Source: Reclinomonas americana ATCC 50394 (taxonomy: Eukaryota). Taken from it: a stretch of DNA of 33,116 nt. Both the position numbers and the translations under genes were made by a program. The stretch is taken from assembly GCA_048213135.1 (NCBI GenBank), contig PS015026.1, positions 262,093 through 295,208 on the forward strand, given 5' to 3'. Shown here piece after piece: positions 1-12,100 of the stretch (the stretch's first letter is position 1; every line of letters starts with the position of its first letter). The notes under the pieces are model-generated. The model was not told where the DNA came from. It saw only the letters and a list, made by a program, of their open reading frames with translations, and made no database searches.

Positions 1-877
1 TGATGATGGAGATGACGAGACAACGAGCACAGTGAGTGAGGAGGACGGGCTCCAGCCGTGTGGATCACCGGCTGCATCACCGTTGAATCTCGCGAAGAAA
101 TCTGCGCACCACCACGAGTACAACAGCCGACGCGTGAACGTACCCGGAGGCCACGGATCATCGGCAGTGCTGCTCGCCGGAAGTTTGCGGCTGTTGCCGA
201 CCGAGTGGCAGTCGAGACCACTGGCGCCGTATGCATCACGGACAACGCCGCGTGCAGATTCGCCTCGTCCAGTGCACGTGGTGGCGAGAAACGCCATGCG
301 ACACTGGTCGCTGTCGGTGGAGATGAATAGCAGGTTGCAGAGGGTACCGACGCCACCGACACCCCCGCCACCTCCGGCCGCGCTCAGCATGCCGCGATTA
401 CCCGTGGCGTCGGCCTTGTGGCAGGCGGCGGAGCGGAATTCGAATGGCCACGGACTGTTGTCGCCAGTGACAGGGAGTTGCATGTCGGGGCGAGCGGTGG
501 CGTCGTTCCGATCGGGTCATTGGACAGAGGAGAGCATTGTGGACAGCTACGACGAGGGCGACGAGGAGGGCGAGGATCGGTACGACTTGGACGAGTCCGT
601 GGACGATTTTGAAGACGATGACGACGACGACGACGACGATGGGGGAAAGGAGTACGAGGAGAGACAGAGGAGAAGAGACGACAAGGGTGAGTAATGCTGT
701 GCGTTGATTGGGAACAGTGTTTGGCGCTTGCTAACTCCACGACGGACAGCAGGGAGGAGAGAACGACCGATGAATGTCGCCGACAGCGACTCGTCCGGAT
801 CGACGACGGGCGAGGGCGACATGTCGCCCGCTCTTTCGCCTCTGTCGCACACATCTTCGACGCCGTGGCGTTCGTGA
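1..877 (+). CDS. 3' end of an uncharacterised low-complexity (Ser/Pro/acidic) protein, 5'-truncated by the window
   Basis: Frame open from position 2 (DDGDDETTST...). Intron 687-749 (GTGAGT...CTAAC...CAG) splices in frame to a last exon ending ...TSSTPWRS-TGA at 875-877. Unspliced, the frame stops at 694. Confidence 0.6.
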
Positions 878-934
878 TGAATCCACTGGGGAGTGTACCA
901 TTAGTTTTAATTGAAAGCACACACACACATACAT

Positions 935-2323
935 TCACAACTCGCTCTCCTCCGCCTCGATAATAGCACGCAGCTGATCGGCAACCGAGGCTACAATCTC
1001 GGCCGGTGCATCCGACACGAGTCGCACGCGCAGGTGCTCTCCATCGCCCGTGTCTTGCACGATTTGCAGCACCAGGCCGTGAGACTGCCAGCAAGTGAGT
1101 GAGTGTGATCGGTGAACCGGCAGTACAAGAGAACCCAGAAAGCACACCAGCATCGCCATGACGACCGCTGCTCCCACCGGGATGCCGATTGTTGACGGCA
1201 CTCGGCACTGCCGCCGGATCATGCTGCCAGAGCTGATCAGCTGCGGAAGACTGCACGTGAGTCTCGAAGCTCTCTCTCCTTCTCCCTCTCTCCCTCCTCC
1301 CGCACCACCCACCGATGCGGTATGATCCAGACCCTCCACATTGGCCGCCGCGATGCTGGTGACGCCCACAAACGAGAACTGATCCAGTGCCGTCAAGTGG
1401 TGCGTCTCGGTGACGGTCAGTGGTCTCCTGCTGCCGGGACTGGTGAAGAGCACGCGGATGATCAAAGTGGACGGGAGCACCAGCGATCCGTCGCCTGCGC
1501 TCAGCCGCAGCTGCAACCACAGCTGCACGGTTTCACCGGGATTGATGTTGCTCATCACGGTGCTTCGCACCTCTTGTCGTCCGAGCAAAGGGTCATCACT
1601 TGTCTCCACCACCAGCTCGACACCACGCTCAGCGGCCACTGTTCTCGTCGTCGTCGTCGTGGTGGTGGTGGTGGCGGCCACTGCCGACGATGATGAACCA
1701 CTGCTGCTTCCACCACGAGTGCGTTTCACCGCCGGCTCCTCCTCGTTGCCCGAGTCACCAATCGTCATCTCGCCAATGCTCTCCAGCGCCCGCTTCCTCC
1801 GCACCTCATCCATGCGCACCACCTGCCACCGCGGATCGCTAACCGACGCTGAGATCACCACAGGCGACGGGAGCGGCAAGCGACCTCGATTGCGCACGAG
1901 AACTCCCACGACAAAGTCGGCCACCGCGGGACTCTCCGCCAGCAGCCTGTCGCCCGCCACCTGAAACCCCGCTCTCGCCGCCTCCATTACACTCCTCCGC
2001 TGCACATCTACACACACACACACACTCTGAGCAGGTGCGCGCGCAGATGATGACGACAACCACTGACCAATGATGACGCCGTGCACCAGATGATGCTCCA
2101 TGAGTGCATTCACTGTGCCCAGCAGCTCACTGGTGCGCGTCATACTGCTGCTCACAGCACCCACAGACTCCGCCAGTGTCTGCTGCACGTTGCTCATGGA
2201 GCGCGTCACCTCCGACAGCGCGTGCATCCAGCTGTGCGACACACACACACACACAGGTGTGAGTGACCGTGCGAAAGAGCAGCTGTGTGTGTGAGTGGCA
2301 CACCTCTGATCGCCCTCAGCCAT
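935..2323 (-). CDS. Uncharacterised protein: N-terminal coiled coil, beta-rich middle, C-terminal alpha/beta segment
   Basis: Long ORF 935-2326 with in-frame microsatellite-containing GT-AG introns; probable ATG at 2323; ends ...RAIIEAEESEL-stop. Confidence 0.65.
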   Translation of the reverse strand: MAEGDQRCATHTHSCSFARSLTPVCVCVSHSWMHALSEVTRSMSNVQQTLAESVGAVSSSMTRTSELLGTVNALMEHHLVHGVIIGQWLSSSSARAPAQSVCVCVDVQRRSVMEAARAGFQVAGDRLLAESPAVADFVVGVLVRNRGRLPLPSPVVISASVSDPRWQVVRMDEVRRKRALESIGEMTIGDSGNEEEPAVKRTRGGSSSGSSSSAVAATTTTTTTTTRTVAAERGVELVVETSDDPLLGRQEVRSTVMSNINPGETVQLWLQLRLSAGDGSLVLPSTLIIRVLFTSPGSRRPLTVTETHHLTALDQFSFVGVTSIAAANVEGLDHTASVGGAGGGREGEGERASRLTCSLPQLISSGSMIRRQCRVPSTIGIPVGAAVVMAMLVCFLGSLVLPVHRSHSLTCWQSHGLVLQIVQDTGDGEHLRVRLVSDAPAEIVASVADQLRAIIEAEESEL

Positions 2324-2381
2324 CACTGTCTCTCACGGGCACACACGGTGGGAGTCCTGTCATCGTCCCGTCGTGTGTGCG

Positions 2382-3296
2382 ATGGACGGTGAGGGCGAGG
2401 AGGAGTCCTCTTCTGCAGTGATTGTGAGTGCGTTGAGTCCACTGCTCGCCCGTGTGCGTGCGTGGAGTGCGCGCGCGTGGGAGGCCGCAGGAGAGCCGCA
2501 AGTTGTCTTGTCTTTCGGTCTGTGTGTGTCTGTTGATCGCTCTCTCTCTCTCTCTCTCTCTCTGCGCGTGCTCATCTCTCACAGTGATTGGCTTGGTGCT
2601 TGGTGCGGCGTGGACCACTGGGCGGTACTCGTCGCAGAGACAGGAGATTGCGGTTGGTCTCCATCAGCCTGTGTCATTGACTCTCCCATGTCGCTCATTG
2701 ACGCACAGGTGCTGAGTGACGGGGTGCGACGACGAGAGCATGCGTTGCTGGAGTGCATGGATCGCGTGCGCCTGGAACAGCAGTTGACGCGACAGGAGGC
2801 GCTCAAGGCGCAGAGCTTTGACGCAGAGTTGCGTCACACCGGCGTGTTGCCGTGAGCTGATCGTCACCCTCATACTCAGCGCAGATGCCGATCGCTGGCC
2901 ACGCGACTGGAACTGGAGCACCGTGAGCGACTGTACAGTGAGGATGCGTTGCGAGTGGTGCAGGAGGAGGCCAGCGTGCAGCAGGCGCGCATGGAGCAGG
3001 CAGAGGAGCGAGCGCGTGAGGCGCGCGAGTGGCTGCTGCAAGCCGAGATGCGTGGTGAGGAACTACGTGCGCGAGTCGACGAGGCGGAGCGCCGTGGTGC
3101 TGCGTTGGAGGGGCAGCTGGCGTCCACGCAGGCGACGGTGGTCGATGTGCAGCAAGCGCTGCAACGAGCGACGCAGACCAATGAGGTGTATCGCTACGTG
3201 ATGGAGCGCAGTGCGCCTGACCTGGCCGCCCACCTGGCCCGCCTCCGTCTCACTGGCCCGAGTGCGACAGGTCTTCCTCTCTCTCGCTGTCATTGA
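2382..3296 (+). CDS. Uncharacterised coiled-coil protein (multi-exon)
   Basis: ATG 2382 (MDGEGEEE). Intron 2828-2884 joins ...SFDAE to CRSLATRLELEHRERLYSEDALRVVQEE... in frame; E/Q/R/A-rich heptads. The 3' end is uncertain. Confidence 0.6.
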
Positions 3297-3457
3297 CTGT
3301 TGTTTTTCGTTCTCTCTCTCTCTCTTGCCATCACTCAACCCCACCTTCTCGGCGCAGACACACACGAATGACACACGTCTCCTCGTCAACCAAAAAAAAG
3401 GCCATGTTTACGGCTGTATGCCTTGACCAACCCCACCATCGCTCACTCGGATCGTCG

Positions 3458-6400
3458 TCACGCCTCCATGGCGGCTGCAGCAGGAGCGCCGTCGCCAACA
3501 GCCTGTATGCGATCGGGCATGCGGAAAATTTTGACGTCGCTGCCGTAGCTCTTGGCACGTGCGGTAATGGCGCTGCGCAGAGAGCATGCCGCATACACAC
3601 TTTCGTGAGTACATTGCTTGAGCTTGGGCGGTACTGCTGGAGGTCACTCACCTCGGGTCCTGTGGCGAGATGAAAATGTACTGCCGTTTGCTCTTGCACG
3701 CCACTTCGAGCACGAGATCAATCGCCAGACGACGGTACGAGGCGTCCTGCGCCCCGTGATACCGCCATAGTCAGTGAGTGAGAGTGAAATGATGGCGTGG
3801 CGCGCCGCGCGCACCATGAAAATGTCAAACTCGTCGGCGACACGGAAGGGCGACTCGATGGCCTCCCAGAGCGCCAGCATGAACGCCACGGTGGTGTACG
3901 ACCGCTCGCCACCACTCAGCTCTCGCACGTCGTGAACCGTGTGCTGTGCCAGCGCACCGGAAGAACCTTCGTTCTCGTTGCCGCCCTCCGCCATGTTCAG
4001 ATACACCTGGGAACAGACAGACGTCAGCGGCGGCCACTTAAACAGTCCCTCGCCATCGCAGCCAACAATCGCACCTTCATCTCCAACTCCATCTTGTCCT
4101 TGTCGAACAGCAGCTGACCAGTGTGGCCGCGATGGCTGAGGAACTGCGTAAAGTTGGAGGAGGTGATTTGCATGATGCGTTGCTGCATGCCGCGCAGGGC
4201 ACGTTGTCGCTCGTGACAGCTGCGTTGCATCTGGGTAACCAGCGCCACTGTCTTCTCCATGTTCTGCTTGGTCTGCGTGGCCTTGGCACGAATGTCAAAG
4301 TAGCGCCGCTCCACTTCGTGCGGATCATCGATCTTTTGACTGTGACGAAGGAAACGGAAGCGGGATGTCAGTCACACATGCACGGTGGAGGCAACAAGCA
4401 CGCCGAAAAAAACGCACTTTTCCATCTCCTGCTGAATACGCGCGCGCACGTCCTTGAGCTTGGTCACGTAGAACTTGCGTGGCCTGTCGGCCTCGACGCG
4501 ATTCGGTGCACCTGCGGCTTCACACTCCGCAATGTTCGCCTGACAGAAAACACAGCAGTGAGCAAGTGGCCGCCCCAAGCAGCGAGCAGGCACGACAGCT
4601 AATACCTGCACTTTCTGACGTGCTACTGCAAACTTCTTCTCTGACTCCGAAAGCTTGGCTCGGAGACGCAGGAAGCGGTCCTTGACAACCTCGGCAGATA
4701 CGGCCATATGCTGCACCTTTTGTTCCAGCTCTTCCGCAATTTTCTGTCAATGAGTACACCTCGTGAGCAAAGCGCGTCACGACATCAATAACAACAACTA
4801 TGGCACTCACCATGGCATCAGTTGCTTGCGCATCTAGAGCCTCAGCCACTCGAGTGGCCTCGACCCACGCGGCTTTCTTCTGCGCCAAAGCACCATCCAG
4901 CTGCTGCAACGAGTCTGCTCCACGCAAAATATTCTGCTCGGCGTCCGCCAGCCTCTGCATTTCGTCGTCGATGCGCTGTTGCAGCTGATCGATGGCGTCT
5001 TGCACGTCGGGCTCATCGATGACGCTGGACTGCAACGTCTGCAAGTCATCCTTGGCCGCGGACAGTGCTCGTCTCGCCTTCAGCAGCTCGCCCTGCGGAA
5101 TGAGCAGTGAGCGAACACATACAGCCGACAGACACATCGACAGCGATGCCTGCGTACCTTCACTTTGCGAAGCTCCTGCTCGCATTTGTTCTTCTCGGCG
5201 GTGTGCACCTTGAGTTCTGCGGTCACCACGCTCACGCTGTGCTCGTACTCCTGCGCTTCGCGCTGATACTGGGCCAGCTGAACGCTCATGTCGCTCGTGA
5301 GACGAGGCGGATCGCGCATCGCTGGTCGGACACTTCTCGAATTTCCTCTGCGTGGCCAACTCAGCGTCAATACAGCAAAAGGACGTGACCGCCAACTGTC
5401 ATCAGCATCATCCAACGCAACTGTTGCTTCTGCTCGCGACCGTCGAGGTCGATCGCCTGGTTGGCCAGTGTGCGCATGGGCGGAGCCGGAATCACCTCAT
5501 CCCTGCCAGCGAAAGATAGTGAGGTCGGAATCGCAGCAAGTATGCAGCGGGAGGACGCAACATTTCGGCCTGCGATTCCACCAACGCCACGCTCTCGATA
5601 CCTCTCTGGTCGATCAGCGCGTTGAGAATGGTCGGCCCAATCACCGACGGATCCGAGTGCTGTCGGAAAATCGTTAACACAGCTGCACTCTTTCTCTCTC
5701 ACACACACACACACGTACCCAGGCAGACTGCACCGACTCGTCGACCGTCAGCACCTCAAACATGGTCTTGCGCACATGCGCCAAGCGAGGAAAGTTGTAG
5801 ACGNNNNNNNNNNNNNNNNNNNNCAGTCACTTGAAGGCCGAGCAAGTGAACAAGATCGACGCCGTGGAGTCGCGAATTCACCAGCTCGAAACCGCTGTGG
5901 CTCAGGTTTTGTCGAGTTCCTGCACACACCCCTTCTCCGTTGGTTGCTCATTCGATCTCTCAGATGACGGCGGCCGAAGAGCAACTGAGGGTGCGCAGCG
6001 ACGAGATTGTCGCGTATCACGAGCAGACAGCGGAGAAGCTGGAGAGGGCACGAAGCGGATTCTCCAATATCCAGAACCAGTTGCGTTTCGAGCTGCGACG
6101 TCAGCGCTTCTGGTTATTGTGCTCACACAGCGGCGTGGCTGCAGACTGCTCGACTTGCAGGCGGCATCATCCAACAAGATGCTTCTGTGGGGCCGCTACA
6201 CGGACCGAGTCAATGCAGCGATCGCCAGCAACTTGAAGCGCTTCCGCCGCCCGCCGATCGGACCCATTGGTGAGTGTTTGTGCACGCACGGTCATAACAT
6301 CATCGTGACGGATCTGACCCGCGGCTCTCTCCTCCTTGTGCCATCGTTCGTCAGGCGCACTGCTGCGACTCAAGCCGGAGGAAGCACGTTGGGCGCGAGC

Positions 6401-9075
6401 CGTGGAGTCGCGCTGCTTCCACGAGCTGAACACGTACCTGTGCGACAACTTTGAGGACAGCAAGCGCCTGCAGGAAATTCTGAAAGAAGCCTATCACTCG
6501 GATCAGTGAGTAGTGGTATCGCACGAGGGCATTAGCTGTTGTGAGTGGCTCACTGTTCCCGCTTGATCAGGCACAAAACACCGGCAATCATTGTCTGCCG
6601 GTACCGCAGCGANNNNNNNNNNNNNNNNNNNNNNNNNNNNNNNNNNNNNNNNNNNNNNNNCGGCAGACACAAGACGTCGGCCATTGCAGATACTCACAAC
6701 AGCGGCGACATGGGAGACAGAGAATAACGCAACCGCACGCGCTCCGTGGCAGCGACACGCGCATGATCACGCTCCTTCTCCAACCGGGTGATGTTGGCCT
6801 GGTACTTCTTCACCGTGTCTTGAAGCGACCCCATGTCACGATTGAGACGATTTCGCTCGCTGGTGGCTGTGGTCAGCTCCAGCCGCCTCTCTTGCACCTG
6901 AGCGTTCAGCGCCTCAAGTTCGGCAAACATTTGCTGATATCGCTCCGCAGCCGCAGCAGTCTCGGCTTGCAGCGGCGCATTGTCGCCCTACGACACGCTA
7001 ACAATGAACAAAGGCAACAAACCATCACAAGTGGAAAGGCAACACACCCTGACGGCAGCATACTCGGCTTCCGCGACTTGCACCACTTCCTGCCACTTGA
7101 GCACTTCCTGCTCCGCCTCGGCAGCGACCTGCACACCACCGATAACGAGGTCAACACGCGGCGTCACATAAAAGTGTTCCAGTGAGCGGAAGCAAACGGA
7201 CCCTCTCGGCCGCAGCGACGTCGGACCACACAATCTGCTGCAGAAGATTGTTCTCCTCCTGATTCAGCTGCGTCAGCTTCTGTTGCTCCTGGTACTTCTT
7301 CTGCCAGTAGACCAACTGCTCCTGGAGGGCCTGGAAGCCGACTTGACGGTCCGCCAGCTCTTGTTGCATCATCGCCATGTCCGACAACACGGTGCTGTGG
7401 TCCTGAGCCATGCGCTCAAGCAGTGTGCCCTTGACTGCGAGAGGCGAAAGCAAATGCGCGGTGAGCGAACGATGACAAACGAATGTTGCGGGAGAAGCGA
7501 GCAACGCACTGAAGAACTCGTACTTGGTCCGCGGCGAACTGCCGTGCAAGAATGTGCGCGACGCGTCCTGCGTGAGCACCGTGCACGGATTGTCGGGCTG
7601 GATGTTGAAGTAGAGCATGATCTGCTCCAGGTCCTTGCGGTGGCGCGACACAATGTTGCCCCTGGCCGACTTGATGCGGTACTCGCTGCTGCCGTTCTTG
7701 TTGATCTGCGCGAAAGCGCCAAAAGAGAATCCGGTGAGCACAACGTGCGCCTTCACCAGCAGCACCGCATCCACCCACACCAACCTGTCGTTCCACCGTC
7801 AGCGAGTCGCCAAAGTCCTCCGGACGGTAGGCCTGCGGGCCCATGTTGTTGATGGTCACGGAAACCACAGCGTACCTGTGTGGCATGCAGGTGAGCGACA
7901 AGAGTATGCAATTCAATTCATCGACACCGTGACGTCGCACGCAACGATCCGTCCTTGTTGACCAGCGAGCCGAGCGAGGCGCCACGATTGGTCGTCGACG
8001 CCCGAGTGCCGAGACAAATCTGCAGCGCCGTGATGACCGCACTCTTGCCACCTGCGCGCGAGTGAGTCCTAGAGAAGCACATGCATGTGTAGAGAGGGAA
8101 GCGTACGCAACTCCCATTGAGGCCAATGATAAAGTTCACGTGCCGGCCAAACTCAATCTGCAGGTTGGAGTGACACCTGGAGAGACAAGAGTGGAAATGA
8201 GCCACGAAATGCGCTGGTGCATATCAGAAGCAAACGCAACATGAAGTTGCGCAGATGCATGCGTTGCTGTACACACAGACACACACATGTAAGTAACACT
8301 CCGCACGCAACACACTTTACACACAATGACGCAACAATAGTGCCAGCTGCACACATGAGATCCGGGTCAAAGCCGGCCAGCTCTGCATCGACAGCCGGCG
8401 CGCCAGCTGGAGATGACGGCGCAGGTGAAGGTGCCGCGGCCGCACTCTTGGCGGAGCCTGCGCGCTTGTTGATCGACGGAGACACCATCATTGGCGACAT
8501 CGCCGCATCGACATGCACTGTGCGCATGCAAATGTCAGATGCATGTTCACAGAGAGAGGGCGGGAGAGAGAGAGAGAGAGAGAACAAGAGAGAGTGCATG
8601 GTGTGAGAGTGTGCGTCACAGTGAGGCAAATGCACATTCATGTGTAACTCTTCTTGTGTGTGCATGCGTGTGTGCGAGAGAGAGAGAGAGAGGGAATCAG
8701 CGTGCGCGCATGTGTGAGTGTGTGTGCGTGTGTGCGTGCACAGAGAGAGACACTTTCATGACACTCTGATGATGTGTAACTTTGTTGTTGCGGAGGTGAC
8801 AGCTGCTCAGGTGCCGGAAAGTCATGCTCGTGGTCCACCTCCATTTGCTGTGCACGAGGCGCAGGCGCAGGTGGCGGTGGCGGAGGAGGAGGCGGAGGAG
8901 GAGCTCTGTTGCTCCTTGACTTCAACTGGACCTCCTCCTCCGCAAACTCCTCGTCCTCTTCGTCATCATCCAACACCTTCTTGTGCAACTTCTTCTTCCG
9001 CGCACTCTGCAGCGCACAGAAGCGCACAATCAGAGAGAAAGCAAGCACATGTGAGAGTGCAAAAAGGCAAACCAT
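3458..9075 (-). CDS. SMC6: Structural maintenance of chromosomes protein 6 (SMC5/6 complex), many exons; segment 5824-6612 is assembled in the opposite orientation
   Basis: Spliced translation gives GTIQRMHLRNFMCHSNL..VNFIIGLNGSGKSAVITALQICLG..ASTTNRG (Walker A), FNIQPDNPCTVLTQDASRTFL (Q-loop), coiled coils, hinge (PPIGPIG; NALIDQRGIE), LSGGERSYTTVAFMLALW..SPFRVADEFDIFMD (signature and Walker B), QYIFISPQ. Stop at 3458-3460. Confidence 0.95.
5824..6612 (+). other. SMC6: Inverted internal SMC6 fragment (coiled coil plus first half of hinge) between two N gaps
   Basis: Plus-strand exons encode HLKAEQVNKIDAVES...FRRPPIGPIGALLRLKPEEARWARAVE...NTYLCDNFEDSKRLQEIL...PAIIVCRYRS, which is SMC6 hinge sequence. 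Flanked by N runs 5804-5823 and 6613-6660. Confidence 0.9.
8550..8750. repeat. Compound (GA)n/(GT)n tract in the unusually long second SMC6 intron
   Basis: Alternating GA and GT runs, seen directly. Confidence 0.8.
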
Positions 9076-9186
9076 TCGTCACAGGGGGTTTGCGTTCCGA
9101 TGGCGGGGAAATGGACAGATCACGCACGCGAGCATACGCGAGCCATGCCGTTAACCAATTGTCTCGTCTCACAAAACAAAAAAACC

Positions 9187-12100
9187 ATGCTCTCGTCGGG
9201 GCAAGAGCTCACGAATGGCGATGGAGTCGTGCAGGAGTTCCTCTTCTTTCTGTGGAAGAGACGGTCGCGGCATGAGGACCACTTTGCGGGGGTGAGAGTG
9301 GCGCAGACTGTGCTCTTCAATCTCGGTCGACCACAGTGGTGGTTCTTCTCGTCGTCGTCGGAGCCGAGTGGTGAGAGAGAACAGAGAGAAAAGAGAGAGC
9401 ATAGGCAGGTGACACTCACACTCGCTCGTTCTCTGACACGCAGGTGCGCTCAAGAAGAAGAGCGAGGCGAACATCCGAACAGAGAACGTGCGACAGGCAT
9501 TCATAGCTCCGAAGAAGCTGCAGCCGGCGCTTCCGGCTGGCGGCACCAGCAGTGGCTTCAGCGCTGGTGTGACAGTGAACAGTCTGTTCATCAGCAGCGA
9601 GGGCGATGCCAAGCGCGGAGATGCCGATGTCACGATGCAGTTTCACACAGCGGAATCACTGGGTGAGCTCCCTCCCACCTGCTCCCTCGCGCGTGTAGAG
9701 GCTCATTCGTTGCTGTGATTCGTGAAGATGCGCTGTTGTTGGACTCGAGCACGCCTCGAAACGGGTTGCTGCAGGAGTTTGTCATTTCGCAGGAGGATCC
9801 GTCGCGACCGCGTCGCAACTGTGCGTCTTGCTCCTCTCCGCTTGTCTGTGTGTACGTGGTGGTGATGCTGACCCGCGTGCGCGCTGCTCAGCGGTTCTGG
9901 TGGTGGTCTGGTCGCCGTCGCTGATGGTGGCCGAACGACGCACCAACATTTATCGGATTGATGACGAATCGCGGACACTGTATGAGCGTGTGATGACACA
10001 CGATGGGGACTTGCGATACAGCGAGACGGGTACGTGCACTTGCTTGGCGATGTGGTGGCGGTGGTGGTGGACAACTCTCTTCTGTGGATCTGAACGGGAC
10101 ACGCATGTACCGTCTGCAGAGCCTGTGCGCTCGGACAAGCTGCTGTCGCGACTGGAAGATGCCTGCCAGTCCATGGTCGCTCACATTGAGGGCGTGGAGA
10201 CAAAGAAGACACTGGCACGCATGTGTCTGCACTTCAAAATTGATACCAGAGGTGCGTGCACGGGCTGCCGATGAGATGTTCCGATGTGCACTACTCATGT
10301 GGCGCGTGTGTGTGCAGATCGACTGGTGTTTCTGTACTGCACGTCGCTGCGTGTTTCGGATCGACAAAAGGTACACAACGATTATGCGCATAAGCATACT
10401 TTGACGACGATATTCGGAGGAACTAAGCCACTTTTTTGCAGGATATCTACAGAGAAGTGTCGGCTCCATCATCTCGGTCCACCTCGTTGGCCCCCAGTGG
10501 CCGCGCCTCCGCCGTTTCGTACCCAAGCAATTGTGCTGCGTGTTGGCCGCACGTACGCTGTGCTGACATGCAACTGCTGCGCGCGTATGTGTGTGTCAGT
10601 CCAAGCGACAGGTGCAGCTTCCACCGCCGGCTCCAACTAGCGCCACACTTGCACGGCCGGCGTCGAACAATCGACGCATGAGGTGTGCAAAACACGCACA
10701 TGCCTCTGCTATCCACACTGTCTCCTCACATTTGTGCTTCGCGCGCAGCTCCATGTCGCAAGTGGCGCCGTCACGCACGGTCAGTACTTGGCGCTCGTGT
10801 CGTGCACCTTGCCTGCTCATCTAACTCGGTGTCTGCCACAGGCCGATGCACGTGCGCATTTTGCTGGCGCAGCAACACGCTCTGCCTCCGTTGCCTCGGT
10901 GTTTACGCTGCAGAAAGTTGTGTGCCTATCGTTCTCGTTGCTGTCGAGCCCGCTGTGTCTGACTCTGTTCCACCACAGTTGCGCACACCACCCAAGCCGC
11001 AACCTGTGCGCTCACTCAATCTGTCGTCCACTGCTCGGGAGACACGCATCGCAGAGAAGGAGGCTCTTGATTGGACATGTCATGCGTGCCGTCGTCAAGT
11101 CGGTACGTATACGTGCGCTGCGTTGCGTGGCTGCAATGCAGGGTTCGTGTTGGTGACTGTAATATCTCGGCTGCAGACGGTTCGCAAACACCACATCACA
11201 TGACGCTGCGCAACGTCATGGTCTCTGCCGGCGATGACATTCGTCCGTACACTGTGCCATTCGACCCGGAGGAGCGATTCAACATTGGTCGCTTTGCACC
11301 GCGCGTTGCGTTTACTGCACTGCACGGCTCTGCCGCCACTGATGTGTGGCCGCCTGTGCTGACCTCGGTTCCACTTTCACAGTCGAAACCACCGTCGCCC
11401 TCTGTTGTCGAGGAGACCTTTGATGAGAGCATGCTGATTCCGCTGGAGGGACCGATTTTCCATTGGGTGACTGATTACGAGAAGGGTGAGGCTTTTGTTT
11501 TTCAATCCACCAAGAATGAGTGAGTTGCAGCTAACAGGCAAGTCTCGCAGTGATTTCAAGTGTGGAATCGTCTCCACAGCTCGTCGGTGGCAGCCTCCCG
11601 GCGTCGCCATCTGTTGCAGCACCGACCATCGATCAGGGAGAGCATGCAGTGCTGGAGGGGAGCGGCTTGCACGACGCGGTGGGAGAGGGGGAGGCAGATG
11701 AATCCACGGCGGCGACAGCACAAGGTGCAGATGAGACTGACGGTGGGGAAGCTGTGGTCTTTATGAATTCGGAGGAGCAGGATGAGCTGCCGCCACCGCA
11801 GCCACAACACCGTCCGTGGGAGGCCGTGGTCCGGGAAGTCGAAATGTCAAGAGTCAACTCGCCGGAAATGATGCGCATGACATCGCACAGCAGCTATCGT
11901 CCTCGTTGCGTAGTGGGTCAGTTTTGTCTGTGCACACGCGCACACGCCACCAACTTACACTGTCGGTCTGCAGGTGAAATGGACTGGCGACGGGCGGCGC
12001 CAGTGTCCGTTCTCGCGGTGCGTCCACAACTGACATTGGACGAGTTCTGTGAGCTCTGTCGCACTGGCAAGCTGTTGGACGAGCCTGTCGATACGTGCGA

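Noticed and set aside
6592-6669. 9-bp inverted repeat TGTCTGCCG / CGGCAGACA near the right inversion junction
   Set aside because: Short, offset from the fragment end and with no counterpart at the left junction; not evidence of site-specific recombination.
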